Shown piece by piece: positions 19,925 through 30,590 of a stretch of DNA of 64,000 bases (positions are counted from its first letter, which is position 1; every line of letters begins with the position of its first letter). The notes below the pieces were generated by a model, which made no database searches, was not told where the DNA came from, and saw only the letters and a list, made by a program, of their open reading frames with translations. Source of the stretch: a virus; the IMG/VR virus record IMGVR_UViG_3300020048_000056, positions 41,798-105,797 of that record. The stretch is one strand, 5' to 3'. The position numbers were made by a program, and so were the translations under genes.

Positions 19925-20585
19925 GATAGATACCATTAACTTTAATAAAACAATGAAAAATGTTGTCAACTATTCAGAAGGATTTTTAAGCGGAGTAGAG
20001 TTAGAAAGAGCAAACTTCAACAAGTTTCTAGGTGGATTTACAGCAGAAGCATTAGGAAAGTATATTGATTCTAAAGCCAGAATGAATAGCGGGGAGTTAC
20101 ATCATGTGTACGAACCTGGGGAAACTGGGAATATTGGTGGAAGACTTTTTTCATTTAATGTAATTGCAACAAAAAGCCTAATCAATATTAATGGAAAGTT
20201 TTTATTGTCAAAAAAGACTCCTACTAATGGTGGAGATCCTTTTATAAATAGAGCAGAAATAATGGAAAATGGAATTGCAATTACCATTGTTCCTAAAAAT
20301 GGAGGAATGCTTGCTTTTGAGGACGGTGGAGAGATGGTCTTTACTAGAAAGTCAATCGTTATAGAGCATCCTGGTGGAGATGGAGTGGCTGGGAGTTTCG
20401 GAGCAGTTGTTGATGACTTCTTTCAGAATTTCTTTACTGGAGCAATGCTTAATCCAATACTTAATAAACTAAGCACTCCAAATGACTTTACTAGAAACTT
20501 AGCAGCGGGAGCAGTATCAGGAAAACCCATAGGAGTTAGAGCGGGAAGACAGTATCTTAATATGGTAGGATTGACAGTAGAATGA
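19911..20585 (+). CDS. Neck/tail completion protein (putative)
   Basis: Synteny; LHHVYE and HPG motifs. Confidence 0.5.
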   Translation: MLTAKIDTINFNKTMKNVVNYSEGFLSGVELERANFNKFLGGFTAEALGKYIDSKARMNSGELHHVYEPGETGNIGGRLFSFNVIATKSLININGKFLLSKKTPTNGGDPFINRAEIMENGIAITIVPKNGGMLAFEDGGEMVFTRKSIVIEHPGGDGVAGSFGAVVDDFFQNFFTGAMLNPILNKLSTPNDFTRNLAAGAVSGKPIGVRAGRQYLNMVGLTVE

Positions 20586-21094
20586 CATTTGCCAATTTCA
20601 CCTTACCCGTAATTACTGTTAATAACTACCTCTGGTCTGTTATGAAGCAGATAGAGCCAACCTTTGTTAAGAAATATGGAACAGTCCTTCCATTCTTTCC
20701 AATAAGTGATTCAGCATCTGGAACAAAGTCTTGGGAAACAAAAACTTATGTAATTTACGATAGAATGTTTCAATCAACATCAAGTCCCTTTTATCCAATT
20801 AAAAAGGAGCATATCTTATATGCTGTAAAGGGTAAAGAAGAAGAGACATTAGAGTGGGGAATGGCAATTCAATATATCCTAGATCGTATGGATGATGCAG
20901 CACAAGATATTAACTCTTGGAATAGATTGCAAGACAATCCTTCAAATGTTTATTTTCATAATATGAGAGTTTTCCAGACAAGAAGCATGAATTCTCAAAG
21001 TAGAGATTTCAGCAATAGACCATTTTACATTACTGAGTTTATAGTTGAGGCAGAATATCACCTCACAGATTCCCTAGAATCATATTTGACATAA
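20582..21094 (+). CDS. Tail terminator (putative)
   Basis: Immediately precedes the major tail protein. Confidence 0.5.
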   Translation: MTFANFTLPVITVNNYLWSVMKQIEPTFVKKYGTVLPFFPISDSASGTKSWETKTYVIYDRMFQSTSSPFYPIKKEHILYAVKGKEEETLEWGMAIQYILDRMDDAAQDINSWNRLQDNPSNVYFHNMRVFQTRSMNSQSRDFSNRPFYITEFIVEAEYHLTDSLESYLT

Positions 21095-21163
21095 ACTTAG
21101 AGTATAATTGTATTTGAGGAAACACACGTTCAAAAATTCTAAAGAAAATAGAGGTGAAAAAAT

Positions 21164-21844
21164 ATGGCTTATACCCGTGGTGATTCAAAGCAGATTATTG
21201 TTGGTGCAGCATCCTTGTTTGTATCCAAAACTGCCGAATTTGATCCAACAAACGTTAGTCCAACACTACCAGATTTCGTAGCAGGTACTTCCTACCGCGA
21301 AACATTAACTGATGCTGTTGCTACCCCAGTAAGAAATGTTGGTTACACATCAAATGGTCTAGAAATTCAGTTCCAACCAGATTTTGGTGAGGTTCAGGTT
21401 GACCAGTTGCTTGACGTTGCAAAACTATACAAGCAAGGAATGAAGGTTAACCTTAATACATCTTTCGCAGAGGCTACCCTTGAGAATCTTCTCATGGCAA
21501 TTGCTGCACAAAGTGCAGATCTTACAAGAGATCTTAAGATGGACAACCCCCTTGAGGCAGGATCAGTCAACTATGCTGACGTTCTAGAACTCAAGTCAGG
21601 TGAACTTGGCTCTTGCCCAGTTGAGCGAGGAATTATCGCAATTGGTCCAGGTACAGGTGACTGTGCAGCAGGTACTTCAATCGAACGTATCTATGTTGCA
21701 TACCGTGCCCTCTCAATTGAGAATGTAACAGTTTCCGCAAAGCGTGACGCTGCTTCAATGTTCGACGTATCCTTCCGTTTGCTTCCTGCAAACAACGGTT
21801 CATATGGAAAGATCGTTGATCGTCTAGTTGCAACTTCAACCTGA
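21164..21844 (+). CDS. Major tail (tube) protein
   Basis: IIVGAA.LF, VGYTSNGLE, VQVDQLLD, AEATLENL; GAGGTG SD. Confidence 0.88.
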   Translation: MAYTRGDSKQIIVGAASLFVSKTAEFDPTNVSPTLPDFVAGTSYRETLTDAVATPVRNVGYTSNGLEIQFQPDFGEVQVDQLLDVAKLYKQGMKVNLNTSFAEATLENLLMAIAAQSADLTRDLKMDNPLEAGSVNYADVLELKSGELGSCPVERGIIAIGPGTGDCAAGTSIERIYVAYRALSIENVTVSAKRDAASMFDVSFRLLPANNGSYGKIVDRLVATST

Positions 21845-21865
21845 TAATTAAATAATAACTTAATA

Positions 21866-21900
21866 GATGATTGCCCTCCTATTTTAGGGGGGCAATTGTC
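21866..21900 (+). terminator. Hairpin terminator after the major tail gene
   Basis: GATGATTGCCCTCCTA-TTT-TAGGGGGGCAATTGTC. Confidence 0.75.
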
Positions 21901-21957
21901 ATTGTAAAGGTAGGCACTTAATGATACAATTATCATCTAACAGGAAGAGGATTAAAT

Positions 21958-22293
21958 ATGGCAACAACAGTTTATGAGACAGTAGAATTAGAACTGATGA
22001 ATGGTGATAAGATTACCATGCGTCCATTAAAGATCTCACTACTTAGAGCATTTATGACTAAGTTTGATAGCATCGTGGACTCTTCAGGAAGTAACGTAGA
22101 TTCAATGGATATTCTTGTTGAATGCGCCATGATTGCTATGAAGCAGTACGCTCCAGAACTATCAGAAGATAAAGATAAGTTTGAGGATGTTGCAGATATC
22201 AAGATGGTCTATAAGATCATTGAGATTGCATCAGGCATCAAGTTGGACGCAGAGGGAAACGATCCAGCGGCGGGACTACTTGGAACGATCTAG
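21958..22293 (+). CDS. Tail assembly chaperone (short form)
   Basis: Lies between the tail tube and tape measure genes; carries a slippery site. Confidence 0.85.
   Translation: MATTVYETVELELMNGDKITMRPLKISLLRAFMTKFDSIVDSSGSNVDSMDILVECAMIAMKQYAPELSEDKDKFEDVADIKMVYKIIEIASGIKLDAEGNDPAAGLLGTI
22254..22260 (+). other. -1 programmed frameshift slippery site G GGA AAC
   Basis: In-frame X XXY YYZ heptamer; the -1 frame stays open to 22655. Confidence 0.88.
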
Positions 22294-22655
22294 ATCTTGC
22301 CACAGTTGAGTCAGAAGTATTCCTTCTAGGTAACTGGAAAGACTACAAAGACTTAGAAGATAGTCTCTCTATGCCAGAACTCACAATGACCCTAGGGGCC
22401 ATGAGAGAATCTGAGCATAGAGAGCATGTCTTTTTGGCTGCAATTCAGGGTATTGATTTTGATAACGATTCTGAAAGTAAGGGTGGGCAAAAAGAATGGG
22501 AAGATATGAAGTCTCGGGTATTTAGCGGTGGAACAGCAACAGATTCTAATGACGTAATATCTCTACAAGGTCAGAATGCTGCAAATGCTGGATTCGGTAT
22601 TGGTGCTGGACTAGATTATGTGAAATCAAAGAGTCTAGAAGATCTAACTTGGTAA
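22260..22655 (+). CDS. Tail assembly chaperone, frameshifted extension
   Basis: The -1 frame reads RSSGGTTWNDLDLATVESEVFLLGNWKDY... and joins the listed 22371 ORF. Confidence 0.85.
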   Translation, partial: RSSGGTTWNDLDLATVESEVFLLGNWKDYKDLEDSLSMPELTMTLGAMRESEHREHVFLAAIQGIDFDNDSESKGGQKEWEDMKSRVFSGGTATDSNDVISLQGQNAANAGFGIGAGLDYVKSKSLEDLTW

Positions 22656-22697
22656 AAGCCAACGTGCTAAATGATATAATAAACATAGTGATGATTA

Positions 22698-25600
22698 ATG
22701 ACTGATGTTAATGCGAATATCAAAATCAATATTGATTCTTCTGCTGCGCTCGCAGGTTTAAGAAATCTTGAAACCAAGATAAACCAATTTCAACGAACAG
22801 TTGGATCAAGTGGCACGGCAGCGGCTGCAAGTCAGTCTGCCTACAACAAGGCTCTTCTTGACGGTATAAATAATACTGGATTATTCTCTGCAAAGCAAGT
22901 ATCATCTATTGACTCAATGGCTCGCTTTTCAAATGCATTAGATAAAAATAAACTAAGTCTTGGAGAATACTCAAGGTATGCTGCATCCCAACTTCCTGGG
23001 ATGAGCAAGATGTTCCGCAAAGAATTTGACACAATGCAGCAAGTTGCTGTATCAAGAGTTAAGACCATCAACACTCAGTATCTTGCTCTAGGAAAGACCG
23101 TAGACGGCGTTACAAAGGCTATCCAGTCAACTCCTACAGGTCTTTCTCAAGGTATGGCTACAAGCACTGCAATAGCCTCTCAGAAACAAATGATTTTTAA
23201 TAAATTAATTGATGATGGCTCCACTAAACTTTTGAACTGGGGTAAGAATACCCAATGGGCAGGCCGTCAGTTGATGGTAGGTTTAACACTTCCTTTGGCA
23301 GCAATGGGTACGGCAGCAGCAAAAGCCTTCATGGAAATTGATAAAGCATCTACAGCGTTAAAGAGGGTATATGGAGATCTAAGCACAACAACTGCTGAGA
23401 TCAATACTAACGTGGAGGCAGTTAAGACACTAGGTGCAGAATATACTAAATACGGCATTGCAGTTTCAGACACAATCACTGTTGCTGCAAAGGCAGCGGC
23501 AACGGGTGCCACTGGTCAAAAGTTAATGGACGTAACCAGACAGACTCTTAGATTTGCCACTTTGGGTCAGGTAGATTATAATGAGGCTTTAAGTACAACC
23601 ATTGCTATGCAGACAGCATTTGGAATATCTAATGAAGATCTTGGTAAAAGTGTAGATTACCTTAACGCAGTTGAGAACCAGACAATCCTAACTATCCAAG
23701 ACATGTCTCTTGCAATTCCAAGAGTTGCAACAGTTGTTAAGGGGTTGGGTGGAGATGTAGAAGATCTCGCAATCATGATGACTGCCATGAGAGAGGGTGG
23801 AGTAACTGCTGAGAACGCTGCTAACGGACTAAAGTCTGGTTTAGCATCTATGATTAACCCTACAAAACAAGCGTCTGAATACCTTGGTAAATTTGGAATT
23901 AATCTTAATGGAATTGTTGAGGGCAACTCAGGAGATCTCATTGGAACAGTAAAAGCCTTTGGCATAGAACTTAACAAGTTAAGCGACATGGATCGTCAGC
24001 GTGCCTTGGAAAAGACTTTTGGTAAATATCAATATGCAAGAATGTCTGCTCTATTTGACAACATGATTAAGAAAAATGGTCAGGCTGCCAGAGCAATGGA
24101 CCTAACTGGAATGTCTGCAAAAGATCTTGCAGCAATTGCAGATAAAGAACTTGGGACTATCTCTGAATCAGCAACAGTTAAATTTCAGGCAGCCCTAGAG
24201 AATCTTAAATTAACAATTGCTCCTTTAGGCGAGGCGTTCTTAAAGATTGCAACGCCAATTATGGGGGTAATCACTAAGATTGCAGAGGCATTTAATGCAC
24301 TCCCTGATCCAATTAAGAATGCAATGGGTATTGCAACAGTTGCTATTGCGGGTCTTGGTCCAATCCTATTAATGGGTATTGGTCTTATGGGTAACTTAAT
24401 AGCCAACGTAATTAAGGGTGTTCAGTGGTGGAGAAGACTCAGTGCAAGGATTAAGGGCAATGCTGCTGATTTTACTCATCTAAGCATGGCAGAACTTGAG
24501 GCTCAAGCAGCAACAAATGCCCTTGAAGGATCTACCACAAGTCTTACTGGAAAACTTCTTCTACAAAAGAGTGCAGTTAGCGCTCTTTCTGCGGAATATG
24601 AAAGATTCGCCAGTGTTGCAGGAATTGCTTCTGGAGCCATGGGTAGAGTTGGTGGCGGTGGAGGTAAGGCAATAGTAAGAAGATCTACTCCTAGAAAGAT
24701 GGCTACTGGTGGAATAGTTCCTGGTAGTGGTAATGGAGATACTATTCCTGCATTGTTAACTCCTGGTGAATCTGTAGTAACCAAGAAAGCAAGTCAAAAG
24801 TATGGACCCATTCTTGCAGCAATGAATGCTGGAACACTTTCTGGTTTTGCTAAGGGTGTAACATCTCTTGGTGGAGTCAATCTTCCAGAAGGCGCAATGG
24901 TCCGTTCTAATGCAAATACTCAAGCCATAGATAACTATATTCTAAAAACAAAGCAAGCAGCCTTGGCTATTGAAGATGAAACATTAAGAAAGAAGCAACT
25001 TGCAAAAATTGATGAAAAAATTATAGCATTATCTTCCAGAGAAAATGCAGATAAAAAAAGATATGCCATGTCTATGGGATCTATTGCTAAAGAATTAGAC
25101 ATGATTGTTCCACACCTAAAGGAAGTATCTGTATCTGCGGCTCACCTTACACAATCCAGAGGGATTAGCAAAAGTGGAATTGAATTTTTAGAGTCAAGGC
25201 CAGGAAAGAAAAAAGGATCTAAATCTCAGGTAGCACAAGGATATTTGGATATTGCTAATGATCCTACTTTAAGTAAGCATCTTAAAGAATATAGTGGACT
25301 TACTGCTAGTTTATCTCAAGGATTAAATACTCAATTACAAACTGGTGCAAAAGTGTCAGAATTTAATAAAGAATGGTCGCAAGAAGGAAGTAAACTTCTT
25401 CCATCTCTAAGGAAATTTGGTGGATATACTGCAACATCTGCTCAAGATACTCAAGCCCTAGGTGAATTTGAAAGACTTCTAGGTCAAAGAATTAATAATA
25501 ATGCAGAGGTTATACTAAATAAAACAGTTACAGATAAAATACTTGAAGCAGAAACAAAAGCCTTAATAGGTGAATATAAAAATGCTGGTGGAGCAATGGG

Positions 25601-28600
25601 AAGAGTTGCTATCGCTGCGAATACAGCATCAGAAACAGTTGCCCAAGTTGCTATTCAAATGAGTCTAGATGAAGCCAAAAGGCATAGTACTAGCGTTGTT
25701 ACTACAGAGAATGAGCGTCGTTATAAGAGAAATGGCGTTACTTTAGGAAGAGAAGACCTTAAAACTGGTAAGTTCCGACCAGAGAGATACGGAGAAGATC
25801 TTGCAAAATCTGCTGGAATAATGTCAGGTGGTACTGCTGCTAAGTCTCAAAGAGAAGCAATGGGGGTAAGAAGTCCTGGAAAAGAGGGAGAATATGTCTC
25901 TAAGATGAATGCTGAAGGACAACTTAAGGGAGCAAAAGAAAATGCTAAAGTATCTGCTGAGGCAGGAGCAGTTGCTGGAAAAGCACAAAAAACTGCTTTA
26001 AGAGAGGCAGCGGTTCTTACTCCTCAAGAACAATATAGGCTTGCTCAAGGACAACAGCGTCAAGAAGAAAAACAAATAAATCAAATTGCAGCAAAAAGAC
26101 AATCCATGGTTGCTACTCAAAGAACTGCTCCAATGCAAGGTAAAGATACTCATCGACTCCGCGCATCCTTAATTAATAAGATTCAAGCGACATCTGATGA
26201 AGATATTCTTGTATTAATTAAACAAGAGCAAAGTACAAGAATTGCTGAAGAAAAAACAGCATCTACTCAAAGAAGAGAAATTAGAGCAAAATCTGATAGA
26301 GAAATTGCCTTAGCAAGAAATACAGAGGCAGCAGATGATGTTAGAGTAGCAACAGCAAGAAGGCAAGCAAATCATGCACAAGCCATGAGGACCATGGACA
26401 ATATTGCTCTTCAAGCAGGGGCTGGTGCCGCATATGATATAGGCACAGAAACTCAAATCCAAGGTGGAGGACAAGCAATAAAGACTCAGCCTAAAACAAA
26501 AACTCGAAGAAATATGACTGGAGGTATTAGGAAGGCTGGTGGTGTCTTGGGTATGGCATCGATGATTCCCTTTATGGCTCAAAATCAAGAGGGAAAGTTT
26601 ATGGGCATGGATGCAAATATGCTAGGAATGGGCATGATGGGTGGAAGTATGGCAGCAGAACTTCTTCCTTCCATTCTTCCAAAGATTCTCCCAATGTTAT
26701 TAAGTCCAGTAGGAATTGCTGCTGCTGCTTTTGCTGGCCTTGGCGTTGCAGCAGCAATTATGACAAATAAAATGAATGAGTCTATCAAGAAAACTCAAGA
26801 ATATACAGACGCCGCATCTGGATCTGCGAATGCTATGACAAATATGGCAAAAGCATTAAATAAGCAAAGTATTCTGTCTAGAGGGCAATCAAAAGCCCCA
26901 AATATTTCAGGACTCACTGCAAAACAATTATCTTATGGACAAGATTATTTAGCATCAGAGCAAGGTAAAGGATTGCAACAAACTATTGGACAACTTTCTG
27001 GAGCAGATAGACAACAAAGTCTTAAGGCACAAATGATACAAGGAGTAGCAGCAGGCTTTATAACTCAAAAGCAAGCAAAATCCATTACAATTGCCGTATC
27101 TAAAGCGTTGGGAGATCCACTTCTAGGTTCTTCTGTCGTTGCATCGATAAGTCAAGCATTCGTAAAAGATGGAGACAAACTTAGAAACACATTGGCTACC
27201 ATATTTGCTGATACTATTCCTGATTACAAGTCAGATCCATTAGTTCAAAAGGCTGAAGAGGCATTTAAGAAATATCAGAATGATCTTGAAGCACAGAAAA
27301 AGGCTTTAGCAGCAGAATCGGCTCCTGGAGGAATTCCTTCTGATGCAACAAATGCTCCAGAACTTGCATTAACACAAGAAGAAGTTGCGGGAGCCTTTCA
27401 AAAATCTGCAACAGCAGGAATTAAGTTTAGAGAAGCGTTGGTTCTTCTAAAAGAAAGTTTTGATTCTGGACAAATTGGTCAAAAGAAATTTGAAAAGGGG
27501 CAGAAGGATCTACAGTCAAAGATTGATGAAACTACTAATGGAATTTTCTTGCTTTCAGATTCCGTAAGTAATGATAAATTAGGCGGCTATTTCTTAAACT
27601 TTGCAATGTCTATGGGGAAAACAGAAGAGCAGTTCAAGGCTACAGAAGATAATATTAAGGATATTACTAAGGCCATAGAAGTTTTTGACAGAGAAGACCA
27701 AGTGAAAGTTGAAACATTACTTAAAATATCCTATACTAGTGGAAGCCTTACCGAAGAAGATATTAGTAACCTTAGGACAAACCTAAATTCCCTTCCAGAA
27801 GAACAATCAACAAGATATGAAATGCTCTTAAATAAAGAGCAGTGGACTCCAGAAGCAGTTAAGTTAATTAATTACCTAGTTAGCCTTCCTGATGAATTCG
27901 AAAAGAAGGGTACACTTGTTGCTGAAACACTTGGAATCCAAGCCGCTAATGACTGGATGACAGCCATGAGTGCAATTCAAATATTAAGTCCAAAAAAGAT
28001 AGTAGTACTTGAGGCACTAATTGGGGGATCAGGACAAGCGGGACTTGAAACTGCTGCAAAGTATTTTGCATATCTTTCTGCCATTCCAAAAAGCCAAAGA
28101 AAAGAGTTTATTCTAGAAGTTAAAAAAATAATAACTACAGAGAATCAGGCTTCTTATGGTACAGGATCGCTCCTTCTTGGAACTCCTGAGAAAAGAGCCG
28201 CAGGTATGGCAGCAGACTCAGCAGCCGCTGAAAAAGAAGTTGCCGCTGCTAAGGCAAAACTAGATGCTCAAGCAAAGGCAGCATTAGATGCATTAGGTGG
28301 AGGCGGCGGTGGCGGCGGAGGAGGCGGCGGCGGCGGTGGTGGATCTGCAACAACAAACGCATTAACAGAGATGAATAAGGGTTTCATAGAACAAATTAAG
28401 ATGTATACAAACATGGACGCAAACCTTAAACTTCTTAATGGAAAGCGTCAAGATTTTGTTAAAAATCTAACTAAAGGCCAAGGAATTATTACTAAGTTAA
28501 GAGCCTTAGGATTATCAGAAGGTATCATAACAGATCTTGCAGCACAAGGATTTGGTGCATTGAAAAATGCCTATACTAAATATCAAGGCAAAGGTAAGGC

Positions 28601-30590
28601 AAATGCTATTGTGAACCAGAACCAACTTGGCATACAGACATCATTCGCAAAAACTATTGCAGATAATAGATCTGCAAACATAGTGGGAAGAACTAGAACA
28701 GCAGCAGCAGGAAAACTTCAGGGTACAGGTCTTACTGCTGACCAGATTTCAACTATGCTAGAAGATCCAAAAATAGCATATGGAATAGAAAATGTTGGTA
28801 AAAAGAGTGGATATACTCAAAGTCAATTAGATAAATTAGTAAACTCTATGAAGATTACAGGAAAGGTTTCTGATCAAGTAGCACGAGCAACAGATCCTCT
28901 TACAGCAGCATTCGATGATATGTCCAGTGCAGTTGAATTAGCAAATACTCAAATTGCTGCACAGAATGCCCTAAAGGAAGAGGCTAGCAATCAAGCATTC
29001 CTTCTTGATACTGGAATATCAAAAGCAACAGCAGAATTACAGATGGCTCAAACTGATCAACAGATTAAGGATATTCAAAAGGTTATTGACGAAAAGCAAA
29101 GATCTAATGATTTAGATCAACATAGTATTGATATGCTAGAGCGTAGCAAGAAGCAGTGGAATGATAATATTCAATTCCTTCAAGATAAAATTGATTTATC
29201 ACAAAAGTCAGTTGATGTTTATCAAAGAGAAAACGATTTAAGAGATCAGCAGTCTAACGTTATCAATCATAGTCTTGATCAAATGTCAATTAAAGAAACA
29301 GCAATCAACAAAGCCTATGATGACAGAATTAAGGCTTTAGATCAGGTTTCTTCAATTAACCAACACATCTTGGATCAGCAATCAGGTCAATTGAATATGG
29401 CTCAAGCATTAAGTTCTGGAGATATTTATGCTGCTGCTCAAGCACAACAAGAAATGCAGAATCAGAGTTATCAATATGCTCAGGAACAATTACGATCAAG
29501 CATGGAAGTAGGAAAGAATAATGCTATTGCTGGGCTTACAACTGAAGGTGGATTAACAAGAGTCCAAGCAGAAAAGCAAATTGCAGATTTTAAAGAACAA
29601 AGTTACCAAAATGATCTTCTTGTCACTAAATTACAGAATGAGATTTATGCAACGACTCAATTAATGATTCCAAATAAAGAAGAAATTGCTAAGATTGATA
29701 AGAGTATTGCAGGATATACCCAAACTATTTCAGATAGAAATGACAATATCTATCTACTTCAAACAAATAGCATTGCTCCTCTAACTCAAGCAAACGCTTT
29801 AATACAAGAAAAATTAGATAAGAGCGCATTATCATTACGGGCTCAAGAAGCAGAAAGTAATTGGAATGGAAGAAATCAAGAGCAATGGGATAGCATTGGA
29901 AAGATAACTTCTGCCGTTGGATTAGCAATCATCGCTCAAAGAGATGCAAGTGATGAAACATTGACATCAGTTACAAATCTAGCAAATGCTTGGAAAAATG
30001 TAGGCGTTAGTGCTGCTGCTGCACTAGATGCTACAAAGAGTGGAAAATTTGTTGCGCCAGAACTCACAGTTGTAAAGCCTTCAGATAAGCAAACAAAGGC
30101 TGTTGATTGGGCTGAATTAATAAAGAATGTCCCAGTATTAGAGGCGCTTGGAGTTGATCCATCACTAATAGCAGAAATGACTGCTGGATCTGCAACACAA
30201 AATAGATATGCTGGTGGATCTATTCGTAAATATGCATCAGGCAACTTTGTCAAGGGTTCAGGCGGTATGGATTCAGTATCAACTAGGCTAACCCCTGGAG
30301 AATATGTGATTAGAAAGTCAATGGTAAACAAGTATGGTCCTGCAATGTTTGATCAGATTAACCAAGGCTCATTCTCTATGCCAAAATACAACATGAATTC
30401 TGGAAGGAATACAGGAACCATGCAGGCTGCTCCACCTTCTACAAACATCTCTGCCCCAGTGTATAATACATATAGCGTTACAGTTCCTGTAACATATCCT
30501 GGTGCATCTGCTAATGACATTGCCAATCAGGTTATGACAAGAATCAAAAACGTTGACAATAGTTCAATTAGGAGAATCAATGGATATTAA
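22698..30590 (+). CDS. Tape measure protein
   Basis: 2630 aa, Ala-rich and helical; TP901-like core region; hydrophobic segments; follows the chaperones. Confidence 0.93.
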   Translation: MTDVNANIKINIDSSAALAGLRNLETKINQFQRTVGSSGTAAAASQSAYNKALLDGINNTGLFSAKQVSSIDSMARFSNALDKNKLSLGEYSRYAASQLPGMSKMFRKEFDTMQQVAVSRVKTINTQYLALGKTVDGVTKAIQSTPTGLSQGMATSTAIASQKQMIFNKLIDDGSTKLLNWGKNTQWAGRQLMVGLTLPLAAMGTAAAKAFMEIDKASTALKRVYGDLSTTTAEINTNVEAVKTLGAEYTKYGIAVSDTITVAAKAAATGATGQKLMDVTRQTLRFATLGQVDYNEALSTTIAMQTAFGISNEDLGKSVDYLNAVENQTILTIQDMSLAIPRVATVVKGLGGDVEDLAIMMTAMREGGVTAENAANGLKSGLASMINPTKQASEYLGKFGINLNGIVEGNSGDLIGTVKAFGIELNKLSDMDRQRALEKTFGKYQYARMSALFDNMIKKNGQAARAMDLTGMSAKDLAAIADKELGTISESATVKFQAALENLKLTIAPLGEAFLKIATPIMGVITKIAEAFNALPDPIKNAMGIATVAIAGLGPILLMGIGLMGNLIANVIKGVQWWRRLSARIKGNAADFTHLSMAELEAQAATNALEGSTTSLTGKLLLQKSAVSALSAEYERFASVAGIASGAMGRVGGGGGKAIVRRSTPRKMATGGIVPGSGNGDTIPALLTPGESVVTKKASQKYGPILAAMNAGTLSGFAKGVTSLGGVNLPEGAMVRSNANTQAIDNYILKTKQAALAIEDETLRKKQLAKIDEKIIALSSRENADKKRYAMSMGSIAKELDMIVPHLKEVSVSAAHLTQSRGISKSGIEFLESRPGKKKGSKSQVAQGYLDIANDPTLSKHLKEYSGLTASLSQGLNTQLQTGAKVSEFNKEWSQEGSKLLPSLRKFGGYTATSAQDTQALGEFERLLGQRINNNAEVILNKTVTDKILEAETKALIGEYKNAGGAMGRVAIAANTASETVAQVAIQMSLDEAKRHSTSVVTTENERRYKRNGVTLGREDLKTGKFRPERYGEDLAKSAGIMSGGTAAKSQREAMGVRSPGKEGEYVSKMNAEGQLKGAKENAKVSAEAGAVAGKAQKTALREAAVLTPQEQYRLAQGQQRQEEKQINQIAAKRQSMVATQRTAPMQGKDTHRLRASLINKIQATSDEDILVLIKQEQSTRIAEEKTASTQRREIRAKSDREIALARNTEAADDVRVATARRQANHAQAMRTMDNIALQAGAGAAYDIGTETQIQGGGQAIKTQPKTKTRRNMTGGIRKAGGVLGMASMIPFMAQNQEGKFMGMDANMLGMGMMGGSMAAELLPSILPKILPMLLSPVGIAAAAFAGLGVAAAIMTNKMNESIKKTQEYTDAASGSANAMTNMAKALNKQSILSRGQSKAPNISGLTAKQLSYGQDYLASEQGKGLQQTIGQLSGADRQQSLKAQMIQGVAAGFITQKQAKSITIAVSKALGDPLLGSSVVASISQAFVKDGDKLRNTLATIFADTIPDYKSDPLVQKAEEAFKKYQNDLEAQKKALAAESAPGGIPSDATNAPELALTQEEVAGAFQKSATAGIKFREALVLLKESFDSGQIGQKKFEKGQKDLQSKIDETTNGIFLLSDSVSNDKLGGYFLNFAMSMGKTEEQFKATEDNIKDITKAIEVFDREDQVKVETLLKISYTSGSLTEEDISNLRTNLNSLPEEQSTRYEMLLNKEQWTPEAVKLINYLVSLPDEFEKKGTLVAETLGIQAANDWMTAMSAIQILSPKKIVVLEALIGGSGQAGLETAAKYFAYLSAIPKSQRKEFILEVKKIITTENQASYGTGSLLLGTPEKRAAGMAADSAAAEKEVAAAKAKLDAQAKAALDALGGGGGGGGGGGGGGGGSATTNALTEMNKGFIEQIKMYTNMDANLKLLNGKRQDFVKNLTKGQGIITKLRALGLSEGIITDLAAQGFGALKNAYTKYQGKGKANAIVNQNQLGIQTSFAKTIADNRSANIVGRTRTAAAGKLQGTGLTADQISTMLEDPKIAYGIENVGKKSGYTQSQLDKLVNSMKITGKVSDQVARATDPLTAAFDDMSSAVELANTQIAAQNALKEEASNQAFLLDTGISKATAELQMAQTDQQIKDIQKVIDEKQRSNDLDQHSIDMLERSKKQWNDNIQFLQDKIDLSQKSVDVYQRENDLRDQQSNVINHSLDQMSIKETAINKAYDDRIKALDQVSSINQHILDQQSGQLNMAQALSSGDIYAAAQAQQEMQNQSYQYAQEQLRSSMEVGKNNAIAGLTTEGGLTRVQAEKQIADFKEQSYQNDLLVTKLQNEIYATTQLMIPNKEEIAKIDKSIAGYTQTISDRNDNIYLLQTNSIAPLTQANALIQEKLDKSALSLRAQEAESNWNGRNQEQWDSIGKITSAVGLAIIAQRDASDETLTSVTNLANAWKNVGVSAAAALDATKSGKFVAPELTVVKPSDKQTKAVDWAELIKNVPVLEALGVDPSLIAEMTAGSATQNRYAGGSIRKYASGNFVKGSGGMDSVSTRLTPGEYVIRKSMVNKYGPAMFDQINQGSFSMPKYNMNSGRNTGTMQAAPPSTNISAPVYNTYSVTVPVTYPGASANDIANQVMTRIKNVDNSSIRRINGY

